Shown here: one piece after another, positions 1-10,497 of the stretch
Position numbering within the stretch: the first letter of the stretch is position 1
Layout: each line of letters starts with the position of its first letter
Assembly: GCA_963721455.1 (NCBI GenBank)
Contig: CAVRJG010000039.1
Span: forward strand, 96,001 to 160,000
DNA from: an uncultured Methanosarcinaceae archaeon
Lineage (GTDB): Archaea > Halobacteriota > Methanosarcinia > Methanosarcinales > Methanosarcinaceae
Direction: 5' to 3'
Length of the DNA: 64,000 nucleotides
Notes under the pieces: model-generated
The model's database searches: none
Told to the model about the DNA's origin: nothing
Seen by the model: the letters and a program-made list of their open reading frames with translations, nothing else
Translations under genes and position numbers: made by a program

Positions 1-2
1 CT

Positions 3-731
3 CACGCCAAAAAACTCGGGATGATAACTTCAATGGTCACAAACGGAAAGCTTCTTTACGAAAGAGCTGAAGAGCTTGGAGATGTTGATTATCTTTCGGT
101 TTCCGTTGACGGAATAAAGAGTTATAAAGAAATCCGGCGGATGGATTTTGAAACCTTGCTGAAAGGCTTGAAAAAAGCTATTGAGGTCAGAAAAATCCAG
201 AACAAGAAAAACCCTATCCTCATGAACTGCGTACTCACAGGGAAAAACCTGGACGATATCGAGACCCTTATTTTGCTTGCAAAAAAGCTGGGAGTAAAAG
301 TTTCCTTCGAGCCTGTCCACGAGTTTCCAGGAATCAGTGAGGAGGTCTGGAACGAGATTGGAATCCGTGATACGGAAAAATTCCGCAGTACAGTTGACCG
401 CATAATCGAGCTTAAAAAACAGGGGCATCCGATTATTAATTCCAAAACCTACCTCAGGATGGTCAGAGACGGGGAAATGGACTACAGGTGCAGAGCCAGC
501 GGGATTATTATGAATGTAACGCATGACGGCACTGTGGAAACATGCCGCGCGCAGAACGAGCCTCTCGGAAACGTGATATGGGATGGCTTTGAGAGTGTCT
601 GGGAAAACTCGGAAGAGCACAGAAAAGAAATTGTACATAACTGTAAAGGCTGCCTCTTTTTCGGGTATACGGAAAACAGCTTGATGCAGAGTTTTAACCC
701 CGAAGTTTTGATGAATTACGAGTGGATGTAA
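3..731 (+). CDS. Radical SAM/SPASM-like protein, 5'-truncated by window edge
   Basis: Frame is open from the window start (HAKKLGMITSMVTNG). It has the TNG and SVSVDG radical-SAM core motifs and C-terminal Cys motifs (CRA...DGTVETC...CKGC). The CxxxCxxC motif lies upstream of the window. Confidence 0.8.
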   Translation, partial: HAKKLGMITSMVTNGKLLYERAEELGDVDYLSVSVDGIKSYKEIRRMDFETLLKGLKKAIEVRKIQNKKNPILMNCVLTGKNLDDIETLILLAKKLGVKVSFEPVHEFPGISEEVWNEIGIRDTEKFRSTVDRIIELKKQGHPIINSKTYLRMVRDGEMDYRCRASGIIMNVTHDGTVETCRAQNEPLGNVIWDGFESVWENSEEHRKEIVHNCKGCLFFGYTENSLMQSFNPEVLMNYEWM

Positions 732-828
732 GACCGACTTGCAATTCCCTACTTGCACATCCCGAATTGCGCCTCGGGAGTACGCGGTCGTTTCGTTCGC
801 TTCGCTCGCTCAAGCGGACTAACTTATG
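731..828. repeat. Intergenic REP/MITE-like palindromic element
   Basis: GC-rich element in a convergent intergenic gap with TCCCGA..TCGGGA hairpin and CGTTCGCTTCGCTCGCTCAAGCGGACT. It resembles dispersed intergenic repeats recalled from Methanosarcina; copy number cannot be verified here. Confidence 0.4.
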
Positions 829-931
829 GGAAGTAATTTATGTGAAGTAATGTTGTTTTTCACTCGAGGGGACTAATTTAAAGATTACTGCTTTTCTACC
901 TGATTACTCATTGGGATTCCAGAAGGATTCT

Positions 932-2411
932 TTAACTGGGGTTCCGCTTAACCAGCATTCTTAAGGCTTCGGCTGTAGCCCACCGGACTTCAAGGTCAGG
1001 GTCGTTTAAGTTTTTGACAAGAGGAGCTGTTGCTTTTTGATCTCCGATTTTCCCGAGTGCGTCTGCGGCATACCGCCTGACCCAGGGGTTGCTGTCGTCC
1101 AGAATTCCAAGAAGAGGCTCGACCACCCTTAGACTGCCTATACTGCCAAGGGCATAAACTACAGTGATCCGAAGTTCAGAATCTTCTTCTGCCAGCATTC
1201 CTGCAAGAGCATCTACTGCTTTATCAGTTCTGAGAATTCCCAGTGAATATGCAGCAGCATTTCTTACTTCGGGATTTTTGTCTTCCAGGTATCTGAGAAG
1301 AGGGTCTACTGACCGTAAATCCCCCAGTTTTCCAAGGGATTCGGCGGCGCACTTTCGAATTTCGGGGTCCTTATTTTCCAGTTTGCGGATAAGAGCCTCA
1401 ACTGCTTTTTTGCCTCCGATTTTCCCGATAGCTAATCATCTGCTTCTGAAGTTCCTGGGTGCTCTTATCCAGTTTTACAATAAGTACTTCTTCAGCCCTT
1501 TCATCACCCAGGATTCCCAGTGAACGGGCTGCGGCTATTCTGGCCTCAGGGACTTTATCTTCAAGGCTTTAAATAAGAGGTTCAATTGCCCGCTTATCTT
1601 TGAGGTTTCCAAGAATCTCTATAGCACAGGTCCTGAATGCAGGGTCTTTGTCTTCTGCCAGCCATTTAATTAGCGGTTTTACTGTACATTCGGCTCCTAT
1701 CTTTCCGAGGGCTCTGACTGCAGTGATTCTTACACCTGAATTGTGATCCTCAAGTAGCCCGATAAGCGCGTCCCCTGCTTTCAGGTCCCTCATCTGTCCC
1801 AGGGCTTCGGCTGCAATTGCCCTGACTTCAGGATTTTCGTCATCCAGGACCTTAATGCAGAATCCGTATCTTTTCCGTTTTGGCTCATTGGGCTTGCAGG
1901 ATTCCCTTCCTGCCCTCTAAGAAGATTTGAAATCTCGGAATACTTTTCCGATGAGGTCTTTAAACCCGAAACATCGCTTAACAGGTTCATAGAAGAATAA
2001 ACAATGGCTAAAAGGGATAGAACCATTGAAACGAGAGAAGAAAATAACATAAATTTCATTTTAGTTTCGGAAAAAGCGCCCAGGCTAAAAACAATCAATA
2101 TCAGTCCATTAAAATAGATCGTGCCTGCTGCCGTATAGGACACGATTTTCAGGGGGGACTTTATCCGGTTTGCAATTGAGTTGATGCTGTCCCTGTTGTT
2201 CTGCAGAGATAACACGAAAATGGCAATAAATACGGCATATAATGCGGCTACTGATTGCATTACTGCAGAGGGAAGCCAGAAAGTGCCCGCAGCACTCGCA
2301 GCGGAATTGCCTGTACTTTCATTCCCTAAAAGGGTAAAAAAACTCAAAAATAGCCAGAGCAAAGAAAAAGAAAACTTCCAGCTTATAAGTTTTCAGGTCA
2401 GTAGGTTTCAT
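932..2411 (-). pseudogene. Membrane protein with C-terminal HEAT (PBS-lyase-like) repeats, fragmented
   Basis: ORFs 1790-2362, 1569-1793 and 932-1198 join into one gene. A frameshift near 1860 leads into VLDDENPEVRAIAAEALGQM. An in-frame TAA at 1569-1571 is followed by SLEDKVPEARIAAARSLG. Further frameshifts occur near 1440 and near the N-terminus. Confidence 0.8.
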
Positions 2412-2585
2412 TTTTAACAGGTTGCTTGTACTCAGAGAATTATATAAAAATTCCGCTGAACCAAACCCTGGCTGACTTCTGGGAAATAACGGTAATTAAC
2501 CTCTGCTAAAAGTAAAGCCGGAAAGTGACGGTAGAACAGGTATCAATCCCGCTTAATAGATATTTCAAGTCTGATGCACGGCTTT

Positions 2586-3374
2586 TTACATAATTTTTAT
2601 TGCCACCTGATCCCCGTTTTTAAGCCCGAACTGAAGCGCAGCATCTCCTTTGTTTACCGCAATCTCCAGAAAACCGTGACTGCCTATAAGGGCAAGAGGT
2701 TCTTCCTGCCCGACAAAACCGTAAGTTTGAACAAAGGAAACTCTTCTGCCGTTTACTTCCACATGCGAGCCAAAGGTAGAGAATTTCAAAATCACATCTT
2801 CCGGGATATTGGTGATTACGTTTCCGAAGCTGTCTGCAAAGATAACCTCCCCCATAAGAAAAGGCCCGTCAATTCCGAAATTTCCGAAGTCAAGGTCACC
2901 GAAATCCGAGACTTTCTGCCCGACAGCCTCGATAGATGTGCCCTTTGAGAGGTGGGCCCCTACAGGTGCAAAGATGTCCCTGCCGTGGAAGGTTGCAGAA
3001 ATTCCTGATTTAAGCATAAGGTCCGGGTTTGTGATTTCATATACTTCCATTTCCCCAAGGCGGCGGGCGGCAGGAATCAGGAGCCCGTTGTCAGGACCTA
3101 CGAAAAACTGCTCCTTCCCCGCACTGCCTGCTATTACGGCAAGAGCGCGGCGGGAAGTTCCGACTCCAGGATCTACAACTCCAACATGCACAGTTCCCTG
3201 AGGAAAATAAGGGACAAGGGAATAGAGAGCAAAAGCCCCTTCCCGGACTCCTGCCCGCTGCACAGAATGGGTTACATCGATAATCTGCACACCCGGATTA
3301 ATTGCCAGAATCACGGCTTTCATGACTGCGGGATAAAGGTCTCCGAAATCGGTAGTCAGGGAAATGAAGGGCAT
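2586..3374 (-). CDS. SAM hydroxide adenosyltransferase (DUF62, fluorinase/chlorinase family)
   Basis: ISLTTDFG, VVDPGVGT, GPDNG, SATFHGRDIFAP and DSFGN motifs. Confidence 0.92.
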   Translation of the reverse strand: MPFISLTTDFGDLYPAVMKAVILAINPGVQIIDVTHSVQRAGVREGAFALYSLVPYFPQGTVHVGVVDPGVGTSRRALAVIAGSAGKEQFFVGPDNGLLIPAARRLGEMEVYEITNPDLMLKSGISATFHGRDIFAPVGAHLSKGTSIEAVGQKVSDFGDLDFGNFGIDGPFLMGEVIFADSFGNVITNIPEDVILKFSTFGSHVEVNGRRVSFVQTYGFVGQEEPLALIGSHGFLEIAVNKGDAALQFGLKNGDQVAIKIM

Positions 3375-3494
3375 AAATATCACTCGGTTTTTGTTCTATT
3401 TTATAGTATGCAGGTCTGGAAAATTATATTAAGATGTGAGTAAGTACATGCCGACATTAGAAATGTAGAAAAAAATTAAAGAAGCATCGAGAAA

Positions 3495-4985
3495 ATGAAA
3501 CATACAAAAATATTATTTATACTGATTCTCATAAGCCTGGCTCTTCTTGCATCGGGCTGCGAGGAAAAAATGAGTGCAGAAGAGATTGCAGCGAAAATGC
3601 AGGAAAAAGAAGCCAGCCTTGAAGATTACTCTGGCACAATACATACGACAACATACCTCAACGGGGAAAAAGATCTGGAAGAGGAAATCCAGATAACATA
3701 TAAAAAACCTAACCTGATGAAGACGCTTGGTGTGGAGGAAGGAAAAGAAGTCGAATCTGTCTCGGACGGAGAGTTCGTATGGAGCTACGAAGCTGGAACA
3801 AATACGGTCACGAAAATAAAATTGCCCGAGGAACCGCTCTTAACAGAAAAAGATTTTGTCAGTATTATAGGTAATTTACTGAATGGAAGCGAGGTTTCCA
3901 TGCTCGGAGTTGAAGAGGTGGACGGAAGAAGCGCATATGTCCTTGAAGCCAGACCAAAAGCCAAAGGGAACGGCTGGTCAGAGCTAGCTTCCCGAACAAA
4001 AGTATGGATTGACAAAGAGACATGGATGGTACTCAAGTCCAGTATGTATGACAATAAGGGAAACCTGACAGTGGACGTGGAAATACGCGACCTGAAAGCA
4101 AATACCGGAATTCCGGATTCGGAGTTCAAATTTGAGATTCCTGAAGGCGCAGAGGTAAAAACCGTGGATCTGGATGAAGAACTCAAAATTCCCGAAAGCC
4201 TGAGCCTTGAAGAGGCCAGACAGCAAGCCAGTTTTGAGATCCTTACCCCGGAATATATACCGGACGGCTATGTGCTTAACTCCACAACAATATACAAAGA
4301 CAATGATACAGCCTCTGAAGGTCAGGACTCCGAAACTGTATTTCTTAGCTACCAGAAAGGAACTGAAAACTTCGAGATAATGGAAACCGTTTATGAAAAC
4401 GAGCCTGAAGAGGATACGTCCATGCTGGAAGGCGAAGAAGTCAGCATTAACGGAAAGGAGGCATACCTTAATGAATTCGGAGACGTCAAGATGTTGCAGT
4501 GGAAACTTGGAGGAGTGGAAATAGGGCTTATAGGCTCTCTTGAAAAAGCCGAGATGCTGAAAATTGCAGAATCCTTACAGGAACCCTTTACCGAATTCTA
4601 TATCCTGGGACGTGAAGGTACGGCTGAGAACTATCCGACCGACTATGTACTCGGGGAGGACGGGACCGTAATAGTGGGGATTATAAACCATGAGCAGAAG
4701 CCCGTAAACTATACAATGGAAGTCAGGCTTGAAAATACGCCTCTGCCTTTACCGGCTGACTGGAAAAATATATGCATCGAAAACAACGAGACCCTGGAAA
4801 AAGCCGTTACCATAACTCCTCCCTTTGAGGGAACGGACATGATGCTTGGATTTTCTCTCTATAATGAAGACGAGAAGAACGTACTTGAAGGGGGCATCTG
4901 CGTGCCTTATAGAGACCTTCATCTACGGATAAATGTATCTAAGAACATCTCTGAGAACGTTTCAACTCCGTTAACTGCAATATAA
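3495..4985 (+). CDS. Lipoprotein, LolA-like lipoprotein-sorting domain with C-terminal DUF1616-like domain
   Basis: Lipobox LLASGC; LolA-like segments (KPNLMK, VSDGEFVWSY, KVWIDKETW, IPDSEFKFEIPEGA); C-terminal EPFTEFYILGREGTAENYP. Confidence 0.75.
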   Translation: MKHTKILFILILISLALLASGCEEKMSAEEIAAKMQEKEASLEDYSGTIHTTTYLNGEKDLEEEIQITYKKPNLMKTLGVEEGKEVESVSDGEFVWSYEAGTNTVTKIKLPEEPLLTEKDFVSIIGNLLNGSEVSMLGVEEVDGRSAYVLEARPKAKGNGWSELASRTKVWIDKETWMVLKSSMYDNKGNLTVDVEIRDLKANTGIPDSEFKFEIPEGAEVKTVDLDEELKIPESLSLEEARQQASFEILTPEYIPDGYVLNSTTIYKDNDTASEGQDSETVFLSYQKGTENFEIMETVYENEPEEDTSMLEGEEVSINGKEAYLNEFGDVKMLQWKLGGVEIGLIGSLEKAEMLKIAESLQEPFTEFYILGREGTAENYPTDYVLGEDGTVIVGIINHEQKPVNYTMEVRLENTPLPLPADWKNICIENNETLEKAVTITPPFEGTDMMLGFSLYNEDEKNVLEGGICVPYRDLHLRINVSKNISENVSTPLTAI

Positions 4986-5088
4986 GCAACTGAGCTGAGA
5001 TTCAGCACTGGACCCTGCCTTTCTCAAAAAAGCTGAAATAATTAAAATCGCGAAATCGATATCCGGGAAATGGGAAAGTTCCCCTGTT

Positions 5089-5832
5089 TCAGCGAGACCT
5101 GAGAGCACAGGGTCCTGTTGCACATTTACCGCAGGCAAGCTGATTGATTTCGGGAAAAGCTTTTGCATTATCCTGAAGCAGCCTGAAACATTTTTCCTTA
5201 TCAACTCCTTTTGCATTAAGAGCACCAGCCGGGCACCTGTCCACACAGACAAGGCATTTCTCTCCTTTTTTGTAGCGGCAGAATTCTTCGGTCGGACGCG
5301 GGGTGGGAGAAATTGCTGCGGAAATAAGTATTGTCCCAAAACGACCTGCACATCCGGCTTTCGTGATCAGCATTTGGTGGACTCCGAAAGTGCCAAGCCC
5401 GGCAGCATAAGCTGCACTTCTCTGGGACCATGAAACGTCAAAACCCTTACTCTTGTAATCGAAAACAATCTCAGGCACAACTGTCGAGATCCCTTCTTTT
5501 GCAAGCTCGGCTTTGAGCGTTTCATTGATTTTCGTGATCAATCGATCTGTTTCACCCTTAGCCTGAATCCATTCTTTTACCGGATCCGGGGATTTCCAGT
5601 TTAGTTTCACAAGTTCTTTTTCAAAAGGCAGGAAGAAGGAAACAACAGTTTTTACTTCGGAAAAGATCTCTTTCGGGTGCAGGTGATAAGGGCCAATGAT
5701 TCTCTTCATTTCATCAAAAATGGGGTCGCTGGCTGAGGCATAGCCTACGAGAGGTTCACGATATCGAGTCTCAGTGCCGGGATTTGCGGCGGCTTCTTTG
5801 ATAATACTCTCGATTTTATTTTTAAGCTCCAT
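5089..5832 (-). CDS. QueG-like (epoxyqueuosine reductase family) 4Fe-4S protein
   Basis: WSQRSAAYAAGLGTFG, GCAGRFG, CxxCxxxCP and CGKCATGPC motifs. Confidence 0.8.
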   Translation of the reverse strand: MELKNKIESIIKEAAANPGTETRYREPLVGYASASDPIFDEMKRIIGPYHLHPKEIFSEVKTVVSFFLPFEKELVKLNWKSPDPVKEWIQAKGETDRLITKINETLKAELAKEGISTVVPEIVFDYKSKGFDVSWSQRSAAYAAGLGTFGVHQMLITKAGCAGRFGTILISAAISPTPRPTEEFCRYKKGEKCLVCVDRCPAGALNAKGVDKEKCFRLLQDNAKAFPEINQLACGKCATGPCALRSR

Positions 5833-6082
5833 ACTGGTTCTCCCGAAAACCTGTTGTTGAGGATACAGCATTAAATAGATTCAAAACTTTTAAAATAAGA
5901 GGATTTTGAAATGATGATAGGTTCCACCGAAGTAATATTCATTCTTTCTATAATATTTTATCTTGTAGTGGCGTACTATTTTTTGAAAATAGTTTATAGA
6001 TTAAAGAAATAGTGACTGTACGCAGATGAAAATAATATCATCGAGATCTCAGGATATAGTGTATTATTAAGCCGCATACGGC

Positions 6083-6550
6083 TCATTTTTCTTCAAGATT
6101 TAATAAGAATGCCTTTACATCCAGACCCGAAGCATAGCCGGTAAGTTTCCCATTTGCCCCGATAACCCTGTGGCAGGGAACAATTATCGCAATTGGATTC
6201 CGGTTATTCGCAAGCCCCACCGCCCTATAAGCCTTTGGTTTCCCGATAGATACGGCTATATCTTTATAAGTTCGGGTTTCCCCGTAAGGTATTTCGCACA
6301 AAGCTTTCCAGACGGATTTCTGGAAAATCGTTCCCTCGGGAGCCAGTTTGAGATCGAAGGATTCAAGTTCCCCGGAAAAATAAGCTTCAAGCTGCCTGGC
6401 CGCTTCCCTGAAAAAATCTTTGTCTTCTACCCAGCCATCTGGGACTTCTACTTTCTTCTCGCCTTTCAGGAAGATAAGACGCTTCAGCCCTTCTTCATTC
6501 CCTGCCAGAAGAATGGGACAGATTGGGGATTCGATTATATCATAATACAC
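6083..6550 (-). CDS. ogt: Methylated-DNA--protein-cysteine methyltransferase
   Basis: IPYGETRTY and NPIAIIVPCHRVIG active site; GTG start at 6550 is preceded by AGGAGA. Confidence 0.95.
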   Translation of the reverse strand: MYYDIIESPICPILLAGNEEGLKRLIFLKGEKKVEVPDGWVEDKDFFREAARQLEAYFSGELESFDLKLAPEGTIFQKSVWKALCEIPYGETRTYKDIAVSIGKPKAYRAVGLANNRNPIAIIVPCHRVIGANGKLTGYASGLDVKAFLLNLEEK

Positions 6551-6760
6551 TTTTTTTGTCTCCTGTAGCAGTTGCAAATAGTTGTATCGCTTCTGGTAGA
6601 AATGTTTATTCAATGATGCAGCAAAGGACGCTGGTTGAACTTAAGGCCTGGTTTGAGAAGTGGAAAAAAGCCTGCTCCGGGTAAAAAGAAAAGAAATTGA
6701 AGGCTGAGGGCACTTAAGGCCCGCAAGCAGCCTCAAACGTTTCAGCTAAAACATTTAAAT

Positions 6761-8821
6761 TCATTTGATTTTACATTCACTGTTCCAGAAAGGTCCCGAA
6801 TAAATATTCAGGCTTCCCACGGCAGAATCAAACGCATGCCCATTCTTGTCTTTTTCAAGTTCATTCAATTCCTGAATCCTCAACTCCACGACGTCCATTG
6901 CATCTTCAAAGAGCTGCCTGTTGATTTCGATTCCGAAATACTTTTTGAGTTTTTCTTCAGGCGGCATTGTCGAACCTGCCGATAGGTAGGCGACGTAGTT
7001 TTCGTTGAAGGTGTCAGGATCTTCCCTGTACTGTTTGAAAAGGGAGAGAGTTATTGCCTTTGAAACCGCGTAGTTGAAGGTATAGTAGTTGTTTGTGAGG
7101 TAAATATGGTTAATGTAGGTCCATTCAGCGGAGTCGTCGGGATAATATTCAACAGAGTCACTCCTGTATTCATTTGAGAGGTCTGTCCAGAGAGCATTGA
7201 GTTCGGCTCCGCTTGCAGTCCCGTTTTCAGCGCATAGCTGGTGTGCTTTGTACTCGAATTCCGTAATCAGGGGCTGGAAGCCGAAGTAGTTCTGGTATTC
7301 CCCTATATGCTGGGAAAGTACCGCAACTGCGGTTTCCTTATCGGAGTTTTCGACCACATAATCAACAAAGAGTTCTTCATTGAAAGTTGAAGGAATCTCC
7401 ATTTCGTATATCGGACCGGAGCAGTAGAAGTAATCCACTGAGTTGCCCATCAGGTAGAAATGGGCGCCATGCCCCAGTTCATGAGTAAGGGCCTTCTGGT
7501 CGCTGATAATCCCATTGTAGTTCATAAAGACAAGGGATGGAGCCTTCAGAGCACAGAGCCCGTAACAATAACCCCCGGGCTGTTTCCCGTTTTCAGGGTC
7601 AGGATATACGTCTATGAAATTGCCATTTACCATCTTTAAAAAGATTTCATTGAAACTGGAGTTCATCCCGGAGTAGGATTTCTGGATATCCTGCAAAGCA
7701 TCCACATAAGTATACTCTTTTCCAGGTTGATCCGTCAACTGCAGCAGGAGGTCGTATGGCTTGAGAGTTTCGAGCCCTAGCTTTTCTCTCCGGAACTCAT
7801 TATAGTCTTCAAATACGGATTTTTTTTCCTTGAAAACCGTATTCATATCATCAATCTGGGTTCTGTTGAGATAAAGTCCGTAGAGGCAGGAGTCATAAGA
7901 ATCCGTGTAGTTCAACTGCCTGGCAGCAAGGTCGTCAAGCCGGGCTTTTTCGGAATAGAGGGAGGCCATCGAATCAGACTCGTTGATCAGGTGGTCAAAT
8001 CTCTGATCATAACATCTTTTCCTGTTTTCCCGGCTCTGGCCTGTTGAAAGCAAAGTGTAGTAGGACTGGGAATTGACTGAAAATTCCTCCCCGTTCTCAA
8101 GCGTTATGTTTCCTGCCATCGTGACGTTGTTCGTAATCTCCGAAAACGCCTCAGTCTCCAGTTTCATGCGCTGATTTTCAATATCTGCAAGATATACAGC
8201 CTGGGACTCATTCATTGGCCTGTGATCTGCAAACCTCATATAGGTAGCTTCAAAATAGGGTATATATACCTCCAGTTTGGGCTCTTCAGAAAAGAGCCTT
8301 TCCCACTCCCCCTTATTGAGCGAGGTCAACTTTACGGTTGCAAATGCGGTGGCTTTCCCATGTTCAGTAACCAGATCTTGAGAGTCAGCAAGAAGAGAAG
8401 CGAGGAACTGATCATTCACATTTTTACTTAGCTGAGTATATGCGTAAATGTACAGAATCTCAAAAGATCTTGAAAATTCCTTTTGAGCTTCCATATAATC
8501 CAGTAAAACAGGCCCGGACAGGTTCTCAAATTCCGGACGGAAAGTTGCGTTCATTTCTTCGGATCTATTTTTTAATACCTTAAGCTCTTCTGAGGCATCT
8601 TCCCTGCTGCTGAAGAGATACAAATCATTCCATTCAGTAGTAACCTCATCGGGATTAAGCTTTTCAAATGTGTATTCTTCGTTTATGATTTCAGAAGGGC
8701 CACCTGACGCCGCAGATGCCCCACATTCTGAAAAAACCGAAAAGAACATAAATACCCCGAGAGTGATAAGTCCTTTAACTATTCCGAGAGCAACAAGCCC
8801 TTTAACTGATTTTAGTCTCAT
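6761..8821 (-). CDS. pepF: M3B oligoendopeptidase F-like metallopeptidase with signal peptide
   Basis: HELGH zinc motif, EIPSTFNE, GKQPGGY and HIY...YYTFNYA motifs; hydrophobic N-terminus. Confidence 0.85.
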   Translation of the reverse strand: MRLKSVKGLVALGIVKGLITLGVFMFFSVFSECGASAASGGPSEIINEEYTFEKLNPDEVTTEWNDLYLFSSREDASEELKVLKNRSEEMNATFRPEFENLSGPVLLDYMEAQKEFSRSFEILYIYAYTQLSKNVNDQFLASLLADSQDLVTEHGKATAFATVKLTSLNKGEWERLFSEEPKLEVYIPYFEATYMRFADHRPMNESQAVYLADIENQRMKLETEAFSEITNNVTMAGNITLENGEEFSVNSQSYYTLLSTGQSRENRKRCYDQRFDHLINESDSMASLYSEKARLDDLAARQLNYTDSYDSCLYGLYLNRTQIDDMNTVFKEKKSVFEDYNEFRREKLGLETLKPYDLLLQLTDQPGKEYTYVDALQDIQKSYSGMNSSFNEIFLKMVNGNFIDVYPDPENGKQPGGYCYGLCALKAPSLVFMNYNGIISDQKALTHELGHGAHFYLMGNSVDYFYCSGPIYEMEIPSTFNEELFVDYVVENSDKETAVAVLSQHIGEYQNYFGFQPLITEFEYKAHQLCAENGTASGAELNALWTDLSNEYRSDSVEYYPDDSAEWTYINHIYLTNNYYTFNYAVSKAITLSLFKQYREDPDTFNENYVAYLSAGSTMPPEEKLKKYFGIEINRQLFEDAMDVVELRIQELNELEKDKNGHAFDSAVGSLNIYSGPFWNSECKIK

Positions 8822-9933
8822 AAAACCGCTACCCCTGACAGGCTATCAAAAATATCATCCAGCTTATGTAAGAAGACTTCCAGACATTTCAATAAACTAA
8901 TAAGAATAACTTTGGATATTTTTAAGGTAATGATGTAAAAAGCTATCGATTTTAAACTGCCGGAGAATGTTTCAAGAAATGTGCGAATTTTTAAGGTTTT
9001 ACCTTAAGTTGAAAATGAGAGCTTCCCGCCTGATTTGAGGAGAAAATGATTTCTTTTGCTATTGGAAATTTTTCAGATTTTAAATGGATATAATCTCAGT
9101 ATTTACTGGTATATTGGATTTAATCATCTTTTTTCTGCTACTTTTTCAATATTATCGATATTGATCTCTCAAGAGGGGAAAAGTATAACAAAGATCAGAT
9201 TCTTGCGGCTGTGGGCATCTCCTTACGAAAACACTCTCCGGCAAAGCTGGGCAGAAATTGCAACTTCATTTCGGACTCACAGCCACGAATTCAAAAGCAA
9301 CAGTTTCTGCAGCAGGAGTTCTGTGGCAGTTCTGGCTCGCAACTGAGAACCTGTCCACAATATGGGCACACTACCAAAAATTATCAAGCTGCTTAATTTT
9401 AATCAATGATCTTTATAAAGTTGATCTAAGTGTTAATTGTTAGATACTTTGGTCATACAAATTATATGGATGTTTATAAGTTCTAATGATTGGAATTCAA
9501 TCGGGTATGAAATACGCGATTGGAATCGAAAATCCAGAACATAGTAAAAAGTCAGTTAGGACTTATGAAGGATTTACGCATACGAACTGAAAAAAAAGGT
9601 AGCATTAAACCGTCAACGTCCAAAATTAATTTCGTGATGTTTAACTTATTTGATTTCGTACATAGAATGGTAAGTCCTATAGGATATAGTACTATCGTAT
9701 AAGGTAATATATGCTGAATTTCGGAAAAATTCCCTACCCGAATATAAAGTTAAGATTACCCATTATACAGTTGTATAGATGTTTGAGTGTCAAGACCGCC
9801 TCCGAATATATTCAACGCCATGCCCTAAAAAAGACTAATATGTTCTGTATTTTAAATGAAGTCGATGAGCAAAAAATCAGTGCAAAGCTAGTACAAGACC
9901 AGATCTCAGGATCATATGAAGGAGTGAAATAAA

Positions 9934-10329
9934 ATGAGTAAATTAATCGCCACAGGAATAATGTTTCTGATACTCTCCGCATTCGTTTCACCGGCGCTTG
10001 CGGCAGACACAACACGCGCAGAGCCTAATTATAAAATATATACTCTGGAACAGAACGAAGATACAGCAAAATTAATTGAATTCCTGGAAGAAAAGCAAAA
10101 CGTAATGGTATACGATGCAGAATCCGAAGAGGATCTGATAAAAATTGCGACAACCCTGTCTGAAGACTTTGGAGTCGATGGAAAAGAGCTAATAGAACCA
10201 ATTGAGCAGCCAGCAGACAAGGCACCCGTCGACTTCCTCGAAACCCTGGAGACAGGAAATATCGATCAGCATATTTCAATAATAATTATAATAACACCCC
10301 ATAGTATTAAAATAATGATAATATGGTAG
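9934..10329 (+). CDS. Secreted hypothetical protein with Ile-rich C-terminal tail
   Basis: RBS GAAGGAGTG, signal peptide ending PALA/A, acidic body, terminal HISIIIIITPHSIKIMIIW. Confidence 0.75.
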   Translation: MSKLIATGIMFLILSAFVSPALAADTTRAEPNYKIYTLEQNEDTAKLIEFLEEKQNVMVYDAESEEDLIKIATTLSEDFGVDGKELIEPIEQPADKAPVDFLETLETGNIDQHISIIIIITPHSIKIMIIW

Positions 10330-10497
10330 TTCTAATCGATCCAATAACACTTGAGTAAAATTTATCTTAATCTAAGTTGAGCTGGCGAACCCCCTGCGAG
10401 CAACAGGGTAGAAGATAACAGAAATCAAAAACGGAAAAAAGTAAAAACAGAAAAAAGTAGGCCAACCGGCCTTACTTTTCTTTGAGAAGTACTGTAC

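Noticed and set aside
9230-9395. Cys-rich minus-strand stretch (VCPYCG...CCRNCC)
   Set aside because: Very short with no convincing start or RBS; at most an unidentifiable remnant.
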